From NCBI GenBank assembly GCA_050246315.1, contig JBFWWG010000010.1:1-64000 (forward strand): a stretch of 64,000 nt of DNA, given 5' to 3'. Position 1 is the first letter of the stretch; every line of letters begins with the position of its first letter. The position numbers and the translations under genes were made by a program. This document shows, piece after piece, positions 1-11,008 of the stretch. This DNA comes from Nitrospiraceae bacterium. GTDB taxonomy: Bacteria > Nitrospirota > Nitrospiria > Nitrospirales > Nitrospiraceae. The notes under the pieces are model-generated. The model worked only from the letters and a program-made list of their open reading frames with translations. It searched no databases and was not told the DNA's origin.

Positions 1-311
1 TGCTTATAGTAGAGGACCGACATCCCGATGTTTCCGCCACAATCCACAATCATCGGATCAGGGATGGTCGAATCAAAATGGTAGATCCGATTGATGAAGA
101 TGTCCTTGTACTGCATGAAAAAATTCTGGCCGTCGTTGATACGCACTTGGTACGAGCCGCAGGACATCAGCGCTCCCGCCTTGGCGTCGAATGAGATAAC
201 CCTCATCCGATCCACATGCCTTTGAGCTTTCCAATCGCTCAACCCGCGTTCGATGCGGCGCAGAGCAGGATGCATACGCGGCGGAATCAGGGTCTTGAGC
301 ACGGCTCGCAT
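1..311 (-). CDS. FkbM-family SAM-dependent methyltransferase (N-terminal part; runs off the window start)
   Basis: Not in the ORF track. Manual translation from ATG at 311 gives MRAVLKTLIPP...YKDIFINRIYHFDSTIPDPMIVDCGGNIGMSVLYYK, containing the FkbM-type D-x-G-x-N-I-G motif. The start lies just after the stop of the upstream glycosyltransferase. Confidence 0.8.
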   Translation of the reverse strand, partial: MRAVLKTLIPPRMHPALRRIERGLSDWKAQRHVDRMRVISFDAKAGALMSCGSYQVRINDGQNFFMQYKDIFINRIYHFDSTIPDPMIVDCGGNIGMSVLYYK

Positions 312-314
312 CTG

Positions 315-1502
315 TTAGGCCGCCAACCGGTCCTGAACGATATCCACAAACTCCTGCATCCGCTTCCGATAGGTATGGTCGCGAAGGGTTCGCGCCTTCC
401 CGGCCTCGGCGATGACCACACGCTGCCCGTCGTGTTCCAGGTAATAGCGAATCCGCTCCGCACACTCCTCAGTCGAACGATAGGTCACGACCTCTTTGCC
501 GTCTTGAAAGATCTCCTGCAAGTTCGCCTTCCAGTCCGTTATCAGCATCGCCCCCATTCCCGTGGCCTCGAACAATCGACAGTTATTAGCGAATGGCGGC
601 ACGTCACCATGGTGATTAAGCGTGATGCTGGACCGCCGCAAGATGCGATACATGTCCCGCCCCCAGACAATGCCCATGTGGCGACGGCGGAGCGGCGATT
701 GCGTCGGAATCCGCTCCACCCCGGGCCCCCAGACTCGCAATTCCGGAACGGTCTCACACAGCCGCTCCAGCCAATCGATGCGGCTTTGGTGAACCGTCGA
801 GAGACTACCGACAAAAGTCACGGGATAGACGATTTCGAGGTTCCCCTCTTGGAGGAGTGCGGCGGAATCGAAGGCCAGCCGGTGAAGCACCGCCGGAATG
901 CCTTTCCGTTGGAAGAATTCGACGGTCGGTTGGAAGGAAGACACGACGAGATCATAGCAGCGGTAGTCCTCATCATCGGCGAGAGGCGTGGCCGCATGTT
1001 GCCCTACCAATAGCCGGACCCATGGCTTGACCGTCACGAGCCATTCACTCTCCACCCCATCCATCGCCTGATTCAGCAGAACATCCGGCCGGTATTCCTT
1101 GATTTGCTCTTTGAGGATGCGACGTCCGTCGTCGTTCTGGGATACGATCCGCCGCCATGCCGAGTGCGCCAACGATCTGATTCGTGGGTGACACGCTCGC
1201 TCAACCCAATCCATGGCATGCTTGACGCCCCTGGTCAGCACCCGCGCGGATTCTGGCTTCCGCGCATTCGCTCGATGCTCGTGTTCCCATGCACGCTGCA
1301 AGGAAAGATTGTTGACGTAGAGATCATACGCCTCATGCCCCAGATCCCTCAGATTGCGCGAATAGAAGTCCGCCACACCGAAGAGACTCGCATAGCGTAC
1401 ACGAAGTTGCCGTTCATACGACTCCCCTTCCAGCCCGGGATGGCTGCGGTAAAGCGCTCCCAAGAATTCCGAATAGTCGGTGTTGACGATGAGTACTTTC
1501 AT
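315..1502 (-). CDS. Glycosyltransferase, CgeB/Glyco_trans_1_2 type
   Basis: MKVLIVNTDY start overlaps the upstream stop (ATGA). C-terminal ITLNHHG...NCRLFEATGMG...DHTYRKRM signature. Confidence 0.85.
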   Translation of the reverse strand: MKVLIVNTDYSEFLGALYRSHPGLEGESYERQLRVRYASLFGVADFYSRNLRDLGHEAYDLYVNNLSLQRAWEHEHRANARKPESARVLTRGVKHAMDWVERACHPRIRSLAHSAWRRIVSQNDDGRRILKEQIKEYRPDVLLNQAMDGVESEWLVTVKPWVRLLVGQHAATPLADDEDYRCYDLVVSSFQPTVEFFQRKGIPAVLHRLAFDSAALLQEGNLEIVYPVTFVGSLSTVHQSRIDWLERLCETVPELRVWGPGVERIPTQSPLRRRHMGIVWGRDMYRILRRSSITLNHHGDVPPFANNCRLFEATGMGAMLITDWKANLQEIFQDGKEVVTYRSTEECAERIRYYLEHDGQRVVIAEAGKARTLRDHTYRKRMQEFVDIVQDRLAA

Positions 1503-2416
1503 GATGCTTTGAGCATTCGAGCACTTTTCAAACAGAATCTGACACAGGCCGCGAGCGGGACACCGAGGGTGGTCTTCCCGATCGTATTCAGCAACAGTCC
1601 CAGTCCATGCGAGACCGTATTCCACACCTTGCAATCCGGCTCCGAACACAGCCACACATATCGTAGATAATACCGAGGATTGGCCGTCGACTTTCTCGAG
1701 AAGAGGAGCTGTAGACACTCCTTTGTCGAGAGGGTTGCCCGATCGGGAAGATGCCATCCGGTAATCCGGCAATTGGCATAGGCCTTCGCTCTATGGGAAA
1801 CCGCGAGAGTGAAGCCGGCGCGTTTCGCTCTGATCGAGAACTCATAATCGGCCCCATAGTGGGGCAGCCGGCGGTGATCAAAGGTGCCGATCCGTTCGAA
1901 CACCTCGATGGGCACCAACGTTCCTCGGCCTGGAAGCACATCGACCTGATCATCGTATTCAGTCTGCTCGATCACGACGGCATCAGCGTTCTCCGTGACT
2001 CGAAGGCGTCGATCCATCCGTAACCCGGCTACGATCCGTTCAGGATGCTCATGGTCCACCACCGTCGAACCGACGATGGCCCGTCCCAGTTTCTCGCTGC
2101 ACCGCACCAATTCAGCCACATAACCCTCGTCCACCGTCACATCATTATTCAGGAGAAGGATGAAATCGCGCTCCCTCGCGCCATTGCGGATATGTGCCAC
2201 GCCAAGCACATTCGCCCCGGTCCACCACAAGTTGCCGTTCCCTCGTAGCACACTGACCGTTGGAAAACGGCCGCTCACCGTCTCGACTGTCTCGTCCACC
2301 GAGCCATCGTCGATCAACACCACCTGTTGTTCGACCCCCTGTTGTCGCTCGAGACATTGAAGGAGGGCCATGACCTCCAGTCTATTGTTGTGGGCGGGAA
2401 TCAGGATATGAACCAT
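1499..2416 (-). CDS. GT2-family glycosyltransferase (rhamnosyltransferase-like)
   Basis: Motifs ILIPAHN, IDDGSVD, GNLWWTGA, LLNND, HYGADYEFS. Confidence 0.88.
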   Translation of the reverse strand: MVHILIPAHNNRLEVMALLQCLERQQGVEQQVVLIDDGSVDETVETVSGRFPTVSVLRGNGNLWWTGANVLGVAHIRNGARERDFILLLNNDVTVDEGYVAELVRCSEKLGRAIVGSTVVDHEHPERIVAGLRMDRRLRVTENADAVVIEQTEYDDQVDVLPGRGTLVPIEVFERIGTFDHRRLPHYGADYEFSIRAKRAGFTLAVSHRAKAYANCRITGWHLPDRATLSTKECLQLLFSRKSTANPRYYLRYVWLCSEPDCKVWNTVSHGLGLLLNTIGKTTLGVPLAACVRFCLKSARMLKAS

Positions 2417-2481
2417 CGAACCGTCTCAAAAAGGTACGAGCGGCTCTTCACCGACGACGACCTTCGGAAGGTCCCTTCGCG

Positions 2482-3489
2482 CTATACTTTCGCCCGCTTC
2501 ACCGGCAGGCAGAGACCCAGCCCGGCCAGCAATCGGCCGACCTCGAGGGCAATCGGTCCGAGTTGTTCGATTGTCCACGCTCGGTGATCGGAACATTGCC
2601 TCCACTGGGTGATGGCCTTACGACTTAACGCTCGGATGGCAGCCAGCCCTGCTCGCAGTTGGTGTAGGCGTTCTCGCCATGTACCGGCAGCATTCAGCCG
2701 AGAGGCCACCTGCCCTGAGACAAACCACCGAGATAGATGATAGCTCGTACGTAGCTTATGCTTGCCGACCCTGTGGTATACAATGAGGTGGGGCGAATAC
2801 ATCACCATGGCTTCCTCGCCGAACAGGCTCCAGACCTTCTGGAAGAAGAGCGTTTCCTCGCCCACAGACATATAGTCGCCCCGCATCCCCACCCGTGTAT
2901 CGAACCCATCCAGTTGTTGAAGTACCGCCTTGGAAACGATCATATTGGAACCGGAGAATGATTCACCGGAGCATAAACGACGCGGCACGCCGCCCCAAGA
3001 CCTTACTTCGTATTCGTCTTTGTACCAAGCAGGTTTCGGAAAGGGATAAAAGGGGAGGATCTGCCCGCCCACTGCAACAGGGGTTGGACGACTCCGTTCA
3101 AACACTTCGAGCGCCTGTTCGAGCCAATGAGGGTCGGCCTTGGCATCATCATCCATGAAGGCCACATAGGTCCCCTTCGCGCAGCGCCAGCCCTTGTTCC
3201 TTGCGTGTCCCAATCCGAGTTCCGCCTCATAGAGCAGCCGCAAAGCGCATAACGAGTGTCGTGCCTGATACTCCGCAACCACGCTCCCGGTCTCGTCCGT
3301 CGAACGGTTATCCACCACCGCAATTTCATACTGTCGCCGGTCAAGCGTCTGACAGAGGAGACTGTCCAAGGCTTGCGGCAATAGGGCCGCTCGATTGTGA
3401 GTGCAGATGACGACAGACATTCTCAGACCGCCCTGGCTGTCACCACCTCCTGAGAACTGCTGAGAGTCGACTTCAGGAGTGGGAAGCAT
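2482..3489 (-). CDS. GT2-family glycosyltransferase
   Basis: Motifs SVVICTHNR, VVDNRSTD, GLGHARNKG, AFMDDD; start uncertain. Confidence 0.88.
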   Translation of the reverse strand: MLPTPEVDSQQFSGGGDSQGGLRMSVVICTHNRAALLPQALDSLLCQTLDRRQYEIAVVDNRSTDETGSVVAEYQARHSLCALRLLYEAELGLGHARNKGWRCAKGTYVAFMDDDAKADPHWLEQALEVFERSRPTPVAVGGQILPFYPFPKPAWYKDEYEVRSWGGVPRRLCSGESFSGSNMIVSKAVLQQLDGFDTRVGMRGDYMSVGEETLFFQKVWSLFGEEAMVMYSPHLIVYHRVGKHKLRTSYHLSRWFVSGQVASRLNAAGTWRERLHQLRAGLAAIRALSRKAITQWRQCSDHRAWTIEQLGPIALEVGRLLAGLGLCLPVKRAKV

Positions 3490-3497
3490 GGATGCCT

Positions 3498-4505
3498 TCA
3501 ATTGGCCATCATGGCCAGTCGTCGCCGTACGCGTCCGACCAGATTCTGCTTCCATCCCAAATCTACCGCAACGCTCAATGAAGAACTCCAAAACCGTCGT
3601 CCTAGTGTCGGCTCAACCGACTGGCAAATCGCCTTCCAGCGTTCTCCGACGACTCGTGCAAAGGCAGGCTCCGGGTAGATCCGCTTCTCTCTGTTCGCCC
3701 GACACAGCAGTTGAAGCCACGACTCCGCTTCCATCACGAAACCATCGGTTGCGGACCACGACCATGTACTGATCGCCTCGTGCATTCGGCCCTGTGTGAA
3801 GGTTGGGGAGAGCCCCAGGCGCTCCAACTGTCCCTCTCTGATCTTTCTAGCCCAGACCCGCTGTGTCTCTGCCCGATGCTGCCCTGCCTGTGCAGCGTGT
3901 AATCGTCGCATCAACAGAACCTCCGGGATGTTCGCCAGAGGCACACAAGGTGCCGCCCGTGTCCAGAGATCATAATCCTGCGCACAAGGATAGGAAGAAT
4001 CATAGAATAATCTCGCTTTTTGCATCGTCACCCGATTCAGCATGACCGAGGGATGTGCCAAGGCACAATCGAAGAGGAGCCGAGCGTGTATCGTGTCGGA
4101 ATCCGTGGGATACTCCCATACCTGCTGGATGCCCTCGCCGCGCACCTCGATCCACGAGCCGCAAACGCCCACGTGAGGATGCGCATCCATAAAGGCGACC
4201 TGGCGGGCCAACCTTGTAGGCAAACTGATGTCATCCGCATCCATGCGGGCGATATACCGGCCAGCGGCGAGGGAGAACCCAACGTTCAACGAAGCCGCTA
4301 ACCCGAGGTTCCTGTTGTGCCGAACGACACGAATCCGAGGATCGTCGAAGGAAGTGCTGATCCTCGCACTGGCGTCCGTTGATCCGTCGTCGAGGATGAT
4401 GAATTCCAACTCCGCGCACGACTGGCCAAGAATGCTCTCGATCGCCTCCCCCAGGAAGCGTTCTCCGTTGTAGACTGACATGACGACGGTGATGACGGGG
4501 TTCAT
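3498..4505 (-). CDS. GT2-family glycosyltransferase
   Basis: Motifs VVMSVYNGE, ILDDGSTD, ARMDADD, QDYDLW; ATGA overlap with the upstream gene. Confidence 0.9.
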   Translation of the reverse strand: MNPVITVVMSVYNGERFLGEAIESILGQSCAELEFIILDDGSTDASARISTSFDDPRIRVVRHNRNLGLAASLNVGFSLAAGRYIARMDADDISLPTRLARQVAFMDAHPHVGVCGSWIEVRGEGIQQVWEYPTDSDTIHARLLFDCALAHPSVMLNRVTMQKARLFYDSSYPCAQDYDLWTRAAPCVPLANIPEVLLMRRLHAAQAGQHRAETQRVWARKIREGQLERLGLSPTFTQGRMHEAISTWSWSATDGFVMEAESWLQLLCRANREKRIYPEPAFARVVGERWKAICQSVEPTLGRRFWSSSLSVAVDLGWKQNLVGRVRRRLAMMAN

Positions 4506-5257
4506 GCCGTGCATACTTCAGCCCAGATTTCACCCCATCGGATCTCTTGGTGAAGAATCCGACAACCAGCCTGTCTGATCTCCTCCGCAAAAGATTCCAG
4601 CGTGTATTCCGTTTCGTGTGTCGGGTCCAGTCGCCACTCCACTCCCAATTCCCGTTTCAGTGGCACTTGCCAGTCCCGCTCAAACAACGGCACACGGATC
4701 AAGATTCTGGAGGGTCGCGCAGCACGCTGCACCTGCCTGAGAAAGGCAGGTCGGTCGGGGAGATGCTCCAGAATGTTGGATAAGACGACGACGTCGAATT
4801 GGCCATCCGGGCTCGTTCCCAGACCGTCCTGAACGCGATATTCAACCCTTGGATGCTGAAACCGCTTGCGCGCCATGTCGATGTTTTCCGCGCTGAGATC
4901 GACTCCGACGATCCAAGCGCCTGATCGTTCCGCGATATCGAAGGCGACGGCGCCGATGCCGCATCCAATATCGATCACCCGTTCGCCAGCCTGTATCCGG
5001 CTCGTGAAAAAGTCATGATAGCGGGTGTGTCGATGCTTGGTGTGTGTCCCCCCACCGTATTCGACCGCCTTCCTCCCGAGTGTTGGATAGAGCGCCGCCT
5101 GCAGACGAAAGAGCAGGCGCAGTGCTTCGTCCGGAGAGAGCGTATTGATCCGCTTGGTGATCATCTCGACAAAGAACGATTCCAGTTGCTCGCCACGCAG
5201 CCATTGCGCCGCATTCGCCAAGACCGCTGCCAGCCATTGGGTCAATCGCCGTCTCAT
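4502..5257 (-). CDS. Class I SAM-dependent methyltransferase
   Basis: VIDIGCGIG motif I; FDVVVLSNILEHL. Confidence 0.88.
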   Translation of the reverse strand: MRRRLTQWLAAVLANAAQWLRGEQLESFFVEMITKRINTLSPDEALRLLFRLQAALYPTLGRKAVEYGGGTHTKHRHTRYHDFFTSRIQAGERVIDIGCGIGAVAFDIAERSGAWIVGVDLSAENIDMARKRFQHPRVEYRVQDGLGTSPDGQFDVVVLSNILEHLPDRPAFLRQVQRAARPSRILIRVPLFERDWQVPLKRELGVEWRLDPTHETEYTLESFAEEIRQAGCRILHQEIRWGEIWAEVCTA

Positions 5258-5368
5258 GCTCCCGGTTCCGGCTTCCTTCCCGTCAAGAGGCTCCCGCGCC
5301 GATCCTCACCCTCGGGCATGATTTCCAACGGAGCCTTGCCGCAGATCGTTTGGTGCGAACCATATGCG

Positions 5369-6307
5369 TTAGGACTTGTCTCTCTTGAGGCGACACACCA
5401 CGCGGCTCACATCTCGGCCATCAAGATGAAGTTCTCCTTCGACAACATCGAAATAGTTGCGGACATACTGCAGCATCCGGCTCCGTTCTCTCGCCCCGCC
5501 TTCGCTATCGAGGCCATTCTCTTCAGAATTGATCTACTCAAGAATGAGATGCCCCCCGGGCTTGAGATGCGCACGGAGGCATCTCAGCGTTTGCACCGGC
5601 CTTGGAACGTGCTCGAGTACGGTCATACAGAAAATGATGTCATAGGCGACCTGATCCAGCAGATCGTCGGCGCCTGGATCCACCGCCAACGTCCGCACAC
5701 AGGGCTCCTCGCTGAATTTCCACCGCACATAGTGGAACAGCACGTGCTCGATGTCTGCACAGGTGATGCGGAGCCCGCGCTCACGATAGAACCGCGCCAG
5801 GCTGCTGGCGATCGGCGCCAATCCGCAGCCGAACTCGAGAAGCGCTCCATGACGAGGGATCCATTTGATGAATTCTCGGGCCGCTAACGGACGCAGAGCA
5901 TTTCTGTACGCCATGTGAAACAAGAGATATAGGCTTCTGGTATCGCGCCAACCTTCTTCTAGAGCGCTAGCGTCCGATACATCCGGTCATGTCTGAAACC
6001 GCTGGCGATACACTCCCTTGAGAAAATGAAAGTCAGGAGGCGTAATGGGACGAAGTCCTAATTCTCCCACCCAGTATCGCTCGAATTCCTGAAACCAACC
6101 CAACGCGGCATTCGCGTATACCATGCGTTCCCAGAGTCGCCAATCAAGCAACGCGGCCATCACTTGTCGCGCGAGTCGAATCTTCAATGGCGCCAGCAGG
6201 GTGAGGCCGTCGGCGCTGCTGGACGGCATACAACCGCCTTGATGCTTCAGGCGCTGCTCGGCCAACAGGCGCGGGACATCCAATTTCACATCGTCAAACT
6301 TGTTCAT
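5369..6307 (-). pseudogene. Class I SAM-dependent methyltransferase interrupted by two in-frame stops
   Basis: ORFs 5987-6358 and 5534-5923 share one frame. Reading through TGA (5987-5989) and TAG (5534-5536) gives a continuous protein with LLEFGCGLA and IFCMTVLEHV, ending at TAA 5369-5371. Confidence 0.75.
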
Positions 6308-7511
6308 GCGGCAGATTTGCCTCTCTCGCAATGGACAATGGCTTCGGGGCTCCCTCACCAGCTACGCCCTGCGGAGTCCGAAAGTCGGCGTCCAACTCAT
6401 CGAGCAGCTCTAATTCCATCTCCGCGACCCTGTCGAGTGAGAAGCGCTCCCCTACGTATGAGCGTGCGGCGGCTCCCATCTTGGCGCCCAGGTCGCGATC
6501 GGCGAGCACGGTCCTTACGGCAGCTCGCAGGCTTTCGGGATCAGGGTCACATAGCACTCCGGTTCTCCCATCGCTGATGAGTTCGCGAATCCCCAACACG
6601 TTGGCTCCGATAACGGGAAGACCGCACGCCATCGCCTCCAGCAATGCCTTAGGATGCCCCTCAATGAATGACGGCATGACAAACGCCGCCGCACTGTTCA
6701 AGAGCCGGGGCAATGCAGAGTTCGGTACATTGCCCATGAAGGTAACTCGGAGACGCCGATCACGCACCTCATGGCGCAACGACTCCTCAAGGGATCCGCT
6801 CCCGACCATGATCAATTCCACGTCCATCCCTTGGATCGCCTCGATCAGCGCTCTAGGATTCTTTTCTTGCTCTAAGCGTCCGACATAGCATAGGCGATTG
6901 AGGCGACGATCCTCGCCTGGGGCGGGAGAGAACAGCACCATATCGACATGATTCGGAATCACTCGCACCCGGTCTGGCTTCAGCCGATATTGTCGGATCA
7001 CCTTTTTCATGATGGCCGAGGTCGTGACCACGACACGATCTGCTCCGGCAAATACATCGCGTTCCAGCGCATGCGCTCTTTCCGCCTGCGGCGAACCCGC
7101 ACCGTAGGTTCTCTCCATGTTATCGGATAGCAGATAGCCGCACCGCGCAATGAACGGTTTATTTCCCCGACGTGCAGCTCTTAGTGCGATATCCGCACCC
7201 TCAATCTGGTTGCTCTTGACCACCACCGGCCCACGCCAAGACCACGGGACAACCGTCGTCAGGAATCGTTGATATGTTTGTGCCGGCATACCCCACCGAT
7301 TGCATTGCACCCCAATTCCCCCCCAACGACCGTGATAGGTGCGATCCTGCCGGTCTCCATAGGTCACAAATGTGATCCGACGAAGCCGGGCGGCCAACTT
7401 GCGATACAACGCCACCTCTCGATCCAACAACCCAATACCGTCCCAGGTACGCAGAGAGACGCCTCGCGTAAAAAACAGCGCCAGCCGCACCCGATTCACA
7501 TCATTAGCCAC
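6294..7511 (-). CDS. GT4-family glycosyltransferase
   Basis: Motifs YVGRLEQEKN and PSFIEGHPKALLEAMACGLPVI; likely GTG start at 7511. Confidence 0.9.
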   Translation of the reverse strand: MANDVNRVRLALFFTRGVSLRTWDGIGLLDREVALYRKLAARLRRITFVTYGDRQDRTYHGRWGGIGVQCNRWGMPAQTYQRFLTTVVPWSWRGPVVVKSNQIEGADIALRAARRGNKPFIARCGYLLSDNMERTYGAGSPQAERAHALERDVFAGADRVVVTTSAIMKKVIRQYRLKPDRVRVIPNHVDMVLFSPAPGEDRRLNRLCYVGRLEQEKNPRALIEAIQGMDVELIMVGSGSLEESLRHEVRDRRLRVTFMGNVPNSALPRLLNSAAAFVMPSFIEGHPKALLEAMACGLPVIGANVLGIRELISDGRTGVLCDPDPESLRAAVRTVLADRDLGAKMGAAARSYVGERFSLDRVAEMELELLDELDADFRTPQGVAGEGAPKPLSIAREANLPHEQV

Positions 7512-8235
7512 GCGATTCTTTCTCCAGAACCACCCACAGCGTTCCGGCATAGAGATTCTCAACGTTGAGCGACGACCGCAGCAGAATGTTCCTGGCCCAA
7601 GTGCGCACGGCGTTCTTCCACCCGTACCCCTCCACACTCCAGGCCTCATGGTCCATCTGGAGGATGCGCATTTTGTTCGCGGACGCCCGATAGGTTACGA
7701 AGGCCTTTGCCTCGTCAGCTGAAAAGAACCATTTGTGTCGATCCGTCGGAGGCTCGACGGGCAAACCGTAAAACTTCATCGGCTGCCCCTGCTGATACTC
7801 CCCATGCCGCAGCATGTTGTAAAAGTCGAGCCAGGCGTTGGGCAGCGAGATCACGGCGTAATGCTTAGTCACACGACACACGTCGTCAAAGACCGCGTGG
7901 ATATTTTCGATATGTTCGAGTACGTCCAAACAGAGCACACAATCGAAGGCTCTGGCGGGAAAAGGGATCAGTTCCTTTTCAAGATTCACGACCTGATCGA
8001 CACCGCCACCCAATCCGATCCCCAAGTAGTCGGTGCCGGGCGAGACGTGCTCTCTGAGATAACAGGCATCAGCCCCCACGTCCAGGATACGTCCCTGAAG
8101 AATCCCTCGGTATTTGAGCCAGACATACCGCGCCTTCGTCTTGCGGTCGATGTATCGAAAGTCCGTCTCGTACATCATAGCCTTACCGAAGGCGTCATCC
8201 CACCGGCTCTCGGGATTATGAATCGGAGTCGACAC
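7504..8235 (-). CDS. Class I SAM-dependent methyltransferase (Methyltransf_11-like)
   Basis: Motifs ILDVGAD and FDCVLCLDVLEHI; alternative start at 8178. Confidence 0.85.
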   Translation of the reverse strand: MSTPIHNPESRWDDAFGKAMMYETDFRYIDRKTKARYVWLKYRGILQGRILDVGADACYLREHVSPGTDYLGIGLGGGVDQVVNLEKELIPFPARAFDCVLCLDVLEHIENIHAVFDDVCRVTKHYAVISLPNAWLDFYNMLRHGEYQQGQPMKFYGLPVEPPTDRHKWFFSADEAKAFVTYRASANKMRILQMDHEAWSVEGYGWKNAVRTWARNILLRSSLNVENLYAGTLWVVLEKESRG

Positions 8236-8236
8236 T

Positions 8237-8860
8237 CTATGTTTTCATGAGGACAAGTCCGTGTTGTCCTCCATAGCGCGAAACGCCGTCCGGCACTCTT
8301 CGGCGAGACACGAGAGTGCGGAGGATGGTGAAACCTATGGACTTGGCCCACCCTCTTGCGTGGACGAGAGACACTCTCGGGCTGGTGCTGGTCACTGGGG
8401 CAGGCACTTCTTCGAATCCATACCTGATCAGCACCGACTCCGTAAGTCGCCCCAGCGCGTAGAGAAGGCGAGAAGATCTGTTGATGGTCCGATCCGACAG
8501 GGAGTACGGCTCCTTCTGTCCTGATAAGCTGCACGTAATTTACCGCTCGCACCCTAAGCGCTACCTCCACCCAATCATTGTGGTCGTGAATATCGACTCT
8601 GATCACCTGATTGAAGCATCGACTTGCAGCCGCTAGTATTCTCCATTCTCCGTGCCCAATTTCTAGGGCCGCTTTGTCTTCGGACCGCGCTTGGTAGGGC
8701 GCAATCGGTTGTGCGATGTGAAACATACATTCCCAACTCCCCCTGACAAACGACGCCTGCTTATCCTGGGCGTTGTCGAACCAGCGGAAAAAGTGCCCTC
8801 ACTCGCGCTCGCGGCGCGTAATTTCCTCGCGGAACCCCCCGACATAACCGCGAGCTTCTA
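8237..8860 (-). pseudogene. Degraded SAM-dependent methyltransferase
   Basis: Frame ...FREEITRRERE*(TGA 8799-8801)GHFFRWFDN...ALEIGHGEWRIL...VDIH, a decayed motif I. The C-terminus is in another frame (ORF 8237-8434) and the middle appears deleted. Confidence 0.6.
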
Positions 8861-8983
8861 TTCCCTTTCCTATTCCCATGAAATTGGGGAGAATCGCGTC
8901 AGCGAGCAACGTCGCCAGTCGCCTCGAATCGAACCACGGGTCACCTGGATCAGAGGACGCCTGACCCCCGAAAAGATCAGTGT

Positions 8984-11008
8984 TTACGCCGCCGCCTCTC
9001 TCAAGAGGGTGAGGTACTTGTCCGCAACCTCATCCATCGTGGGCACGGCTATCAGCCTCTGGAACATCTCATAATTCTCTACGACTTTTTCCAACTGAGG
9101 GACAATTTCCTCTCGCTCCGTAAAGGGTAACCCTCCGTAACCCACGAGTTCTGGGTGGCCGCCGTCATTCCGATAGAGCACAGGCAGCCCGCAGGCTAGC
9201 GCTTCGATCACCGCGTTCGAACACGAATCATTCTGGCTGGCTGTTATATAAATGTCGTGTTGCCGCAGCATCTCCGCTAACTGCTCGGAGGGCACGGCTG
9301 GAATGGCACGGATGCGATCAAACGGAGCTGACGAATTGCCCACGAACGTGAATTCAAACCGCCCCCAGTCGAGCTGTTCCTCCAGCCACTTGTAGATCGG
9401 CCCTCCCTTCCGAGCATTGTTGGACCAACTTGTGGCAATAACACGGATTTTCCTGGCGGGATTGAACCGGATTCGGCCACGCGAATGAAAGACATCAGGA
9501 TCGACGGCGTTTCTGATGATCACCGGTTTAACTGGGTGATAGCACATTTCCGCGATGCGTTGGTACGTCCACGTCGACTGGAGGACCGTGGCAACGGCGA
9601 ACTGCTTGTTCAGCTCGAAACAGAGTTCGTCCTTTTCGCGGTCGTATCCTCTGATGAGATGAATCGGTCCGTCGATACGGTGCACCGCGCGGAGTCGATG
9701 TCGCTTCGTGTATTCGAGAAATCGTTCGACATCAAAATGAATCGAGTTAAGCAGATACGCATCGACATCTTTGCGAAGCTGGTTCACCACCACGGCCATT
9801 CCTCGCCGCTCCAGTGCTTTCCGGAGCGCCAACATGAACTGATTGCCTCCGCCGTACGGCGGAGCAAAAAACCGGTGCCAAAGTCCCACCCGGAATCGCT
9901 TGCGACCCCACAGAGACCGCACACAGCGCAGAAAGATTGGAGCGGACGGTGTTGGTATGGGCTGTGGCACCCACGCAGCCTGAATCAGTTTTGGCACCCT
10001 CGGCCGCTCGACGCTGGCATTGTACAAGTCGAGGAACAATGGAACTGCCGCCTGAGGGCGATGATGCGTCATCACCCGCTCATAATGGCGGTGGAGCGTC
10101 CCAGCCAGGAGATTCCTCTCGATGTCCTGTTCAATCAGCGCCACAGCTTCGACCGGCGATGTATAGATACAGGCCGGATCGAGCAGGTCCTCAGCCAACC
10201 CGACAGGGGTGCTGAGGAGCTTGCACTGTGCCGCGGCCGCCTCCATCAGTGAGCGAGGCCCGCCTTCAGAACGGCTCGAGACAAGATACAAATCGAGGAC
10301 GTTGTAAAGGACATTGAGGGTCTCCCGCGGGAGGAAATTCCTGGCGTAGTCATCTTCCTGAGTGATGTGGCCCACAAACGTGTAGGGGATTCCCCATTGT
10401 TCGAGCCGTTGTCGAATCCAGTGCCGACGCGGACCAGCGAGCACGAGGTGGACGGGACACCCGCGACGATGCAGTGCCCCGATGACTTCCGCCAGAATAT
10501 CGGGCCCCTTTACTCTCTTAGGAATGCTCAGATCGAACCCGGCGGAATCTCGATGGAAGCTACCGATCAAATATCGACCGTTCGGGATCTTCCATTGTCT
10601 GCAAAACTCTTGAAGTGATTCGTGCCGGTCAGGAAGACGATGGAACACCTCTACATCTGTGGTGTATGGGATAAACGCGTGAGGGAGCCCGACGGTCGAG
10701 CACTGGCGTGTCGCTTGTTTCGTTTGAGTGATCCACGAATCGACCACATCGGCGGCATGGCGGTGACGGGGAAGACTCAAATACCGAAATGGCTCACCGG
10801 ACATGTGACAGAAAATACGTTTGCCTGCGAGATCGTCCGGTGACATAGCCAAAAGCGGTTCCCACCATACCGAATGCACAACTTCACACTGCGCCAGTTC
10901 CGTCAGCTCGGCGAATTCCTCCAACGCCTTCCGTGTCAGCCTGACGTCTTCATCTAGTGCCCACCCGATACCGTCTCCGCCCGTTAAGAACACCTTCGGC
11001 TTGTTCAT
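8984..11008 (-). CDS. Two-domain GT4-family glycosyltransferase (674 aa)
   Basis: Two GT-B C-terminal motifs: SSRSEGGPRSLMEAAA and ASQNDSCSNAVIEALACGLPV. Confidence 0.85.
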   Translation of the reverse strand: MNKPKVFLTGGDGIGWALDEDVRLTRKALEEFAELTELAQCEVVHSVWWEPLLAMSPDDLAGKRIFCHMSGEPFRYLSLPRHRHAADVVDSWITQTKQATRQCSTVGLPHAFIPYTTDVEVFHRLPDRHESLQEFCRQWKIPNGRYLIGSFHRDSAGFDLSIPKRVKGPDILAEVIGALHRRGCPVHLVLAGPRRHWIRQRLEQWGIPYTFVGHITQEDDYARNFLPRETLNVLYNVLDLYLVSSRSEGGPRSLMEAAAAQCKLLSTPVGLAEDLLDPACIYTSPVEAVALIEQDIERNLLAGTLHRHYERVMTHHRPQAAVPLFLDLYNASVERPRVPKLIQAAWVPQPIPTPSAPIFLRCVRSLWGRKRFRVGLWHRFFAPPYGGGNQFMLALRKALERRGMAVVVNQLRKDVDAYLLNSIHFDVERFLEYTKRHRLRAVHRIDGPIHLIRGYDREKDELCFELNKQFAVATVLQSTWTYQRIAEMCYHPVKPVIIRNAVDPDVFHSRGRIRFNPARKIRVIATSWSNNARKGGPIYKWLEEQLDWGRFEFTFVGNSSAPFDRIRAIPAVPSEQLAEMLRQHDIYITASQNDSCSNAVIEALACGLPVLYRNDGGHPELVGYGGLPFTEREEIVPQLEKVVENYEMFQRLIAVPTMDEVADKYLTLLREAAA

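Noticed and set aside
5369..6307. Stop-codon recoding (Sec at TGA, Pyl at TAG) in the methyltransferase with two in-frame stops
   Set aside because: Neighbouring genes use TGA and TAG as normal stops, adjacent methyltransferases also have frameshifts, and I saw no SECIS-like hairpin. Nonsense mutation is simpler.
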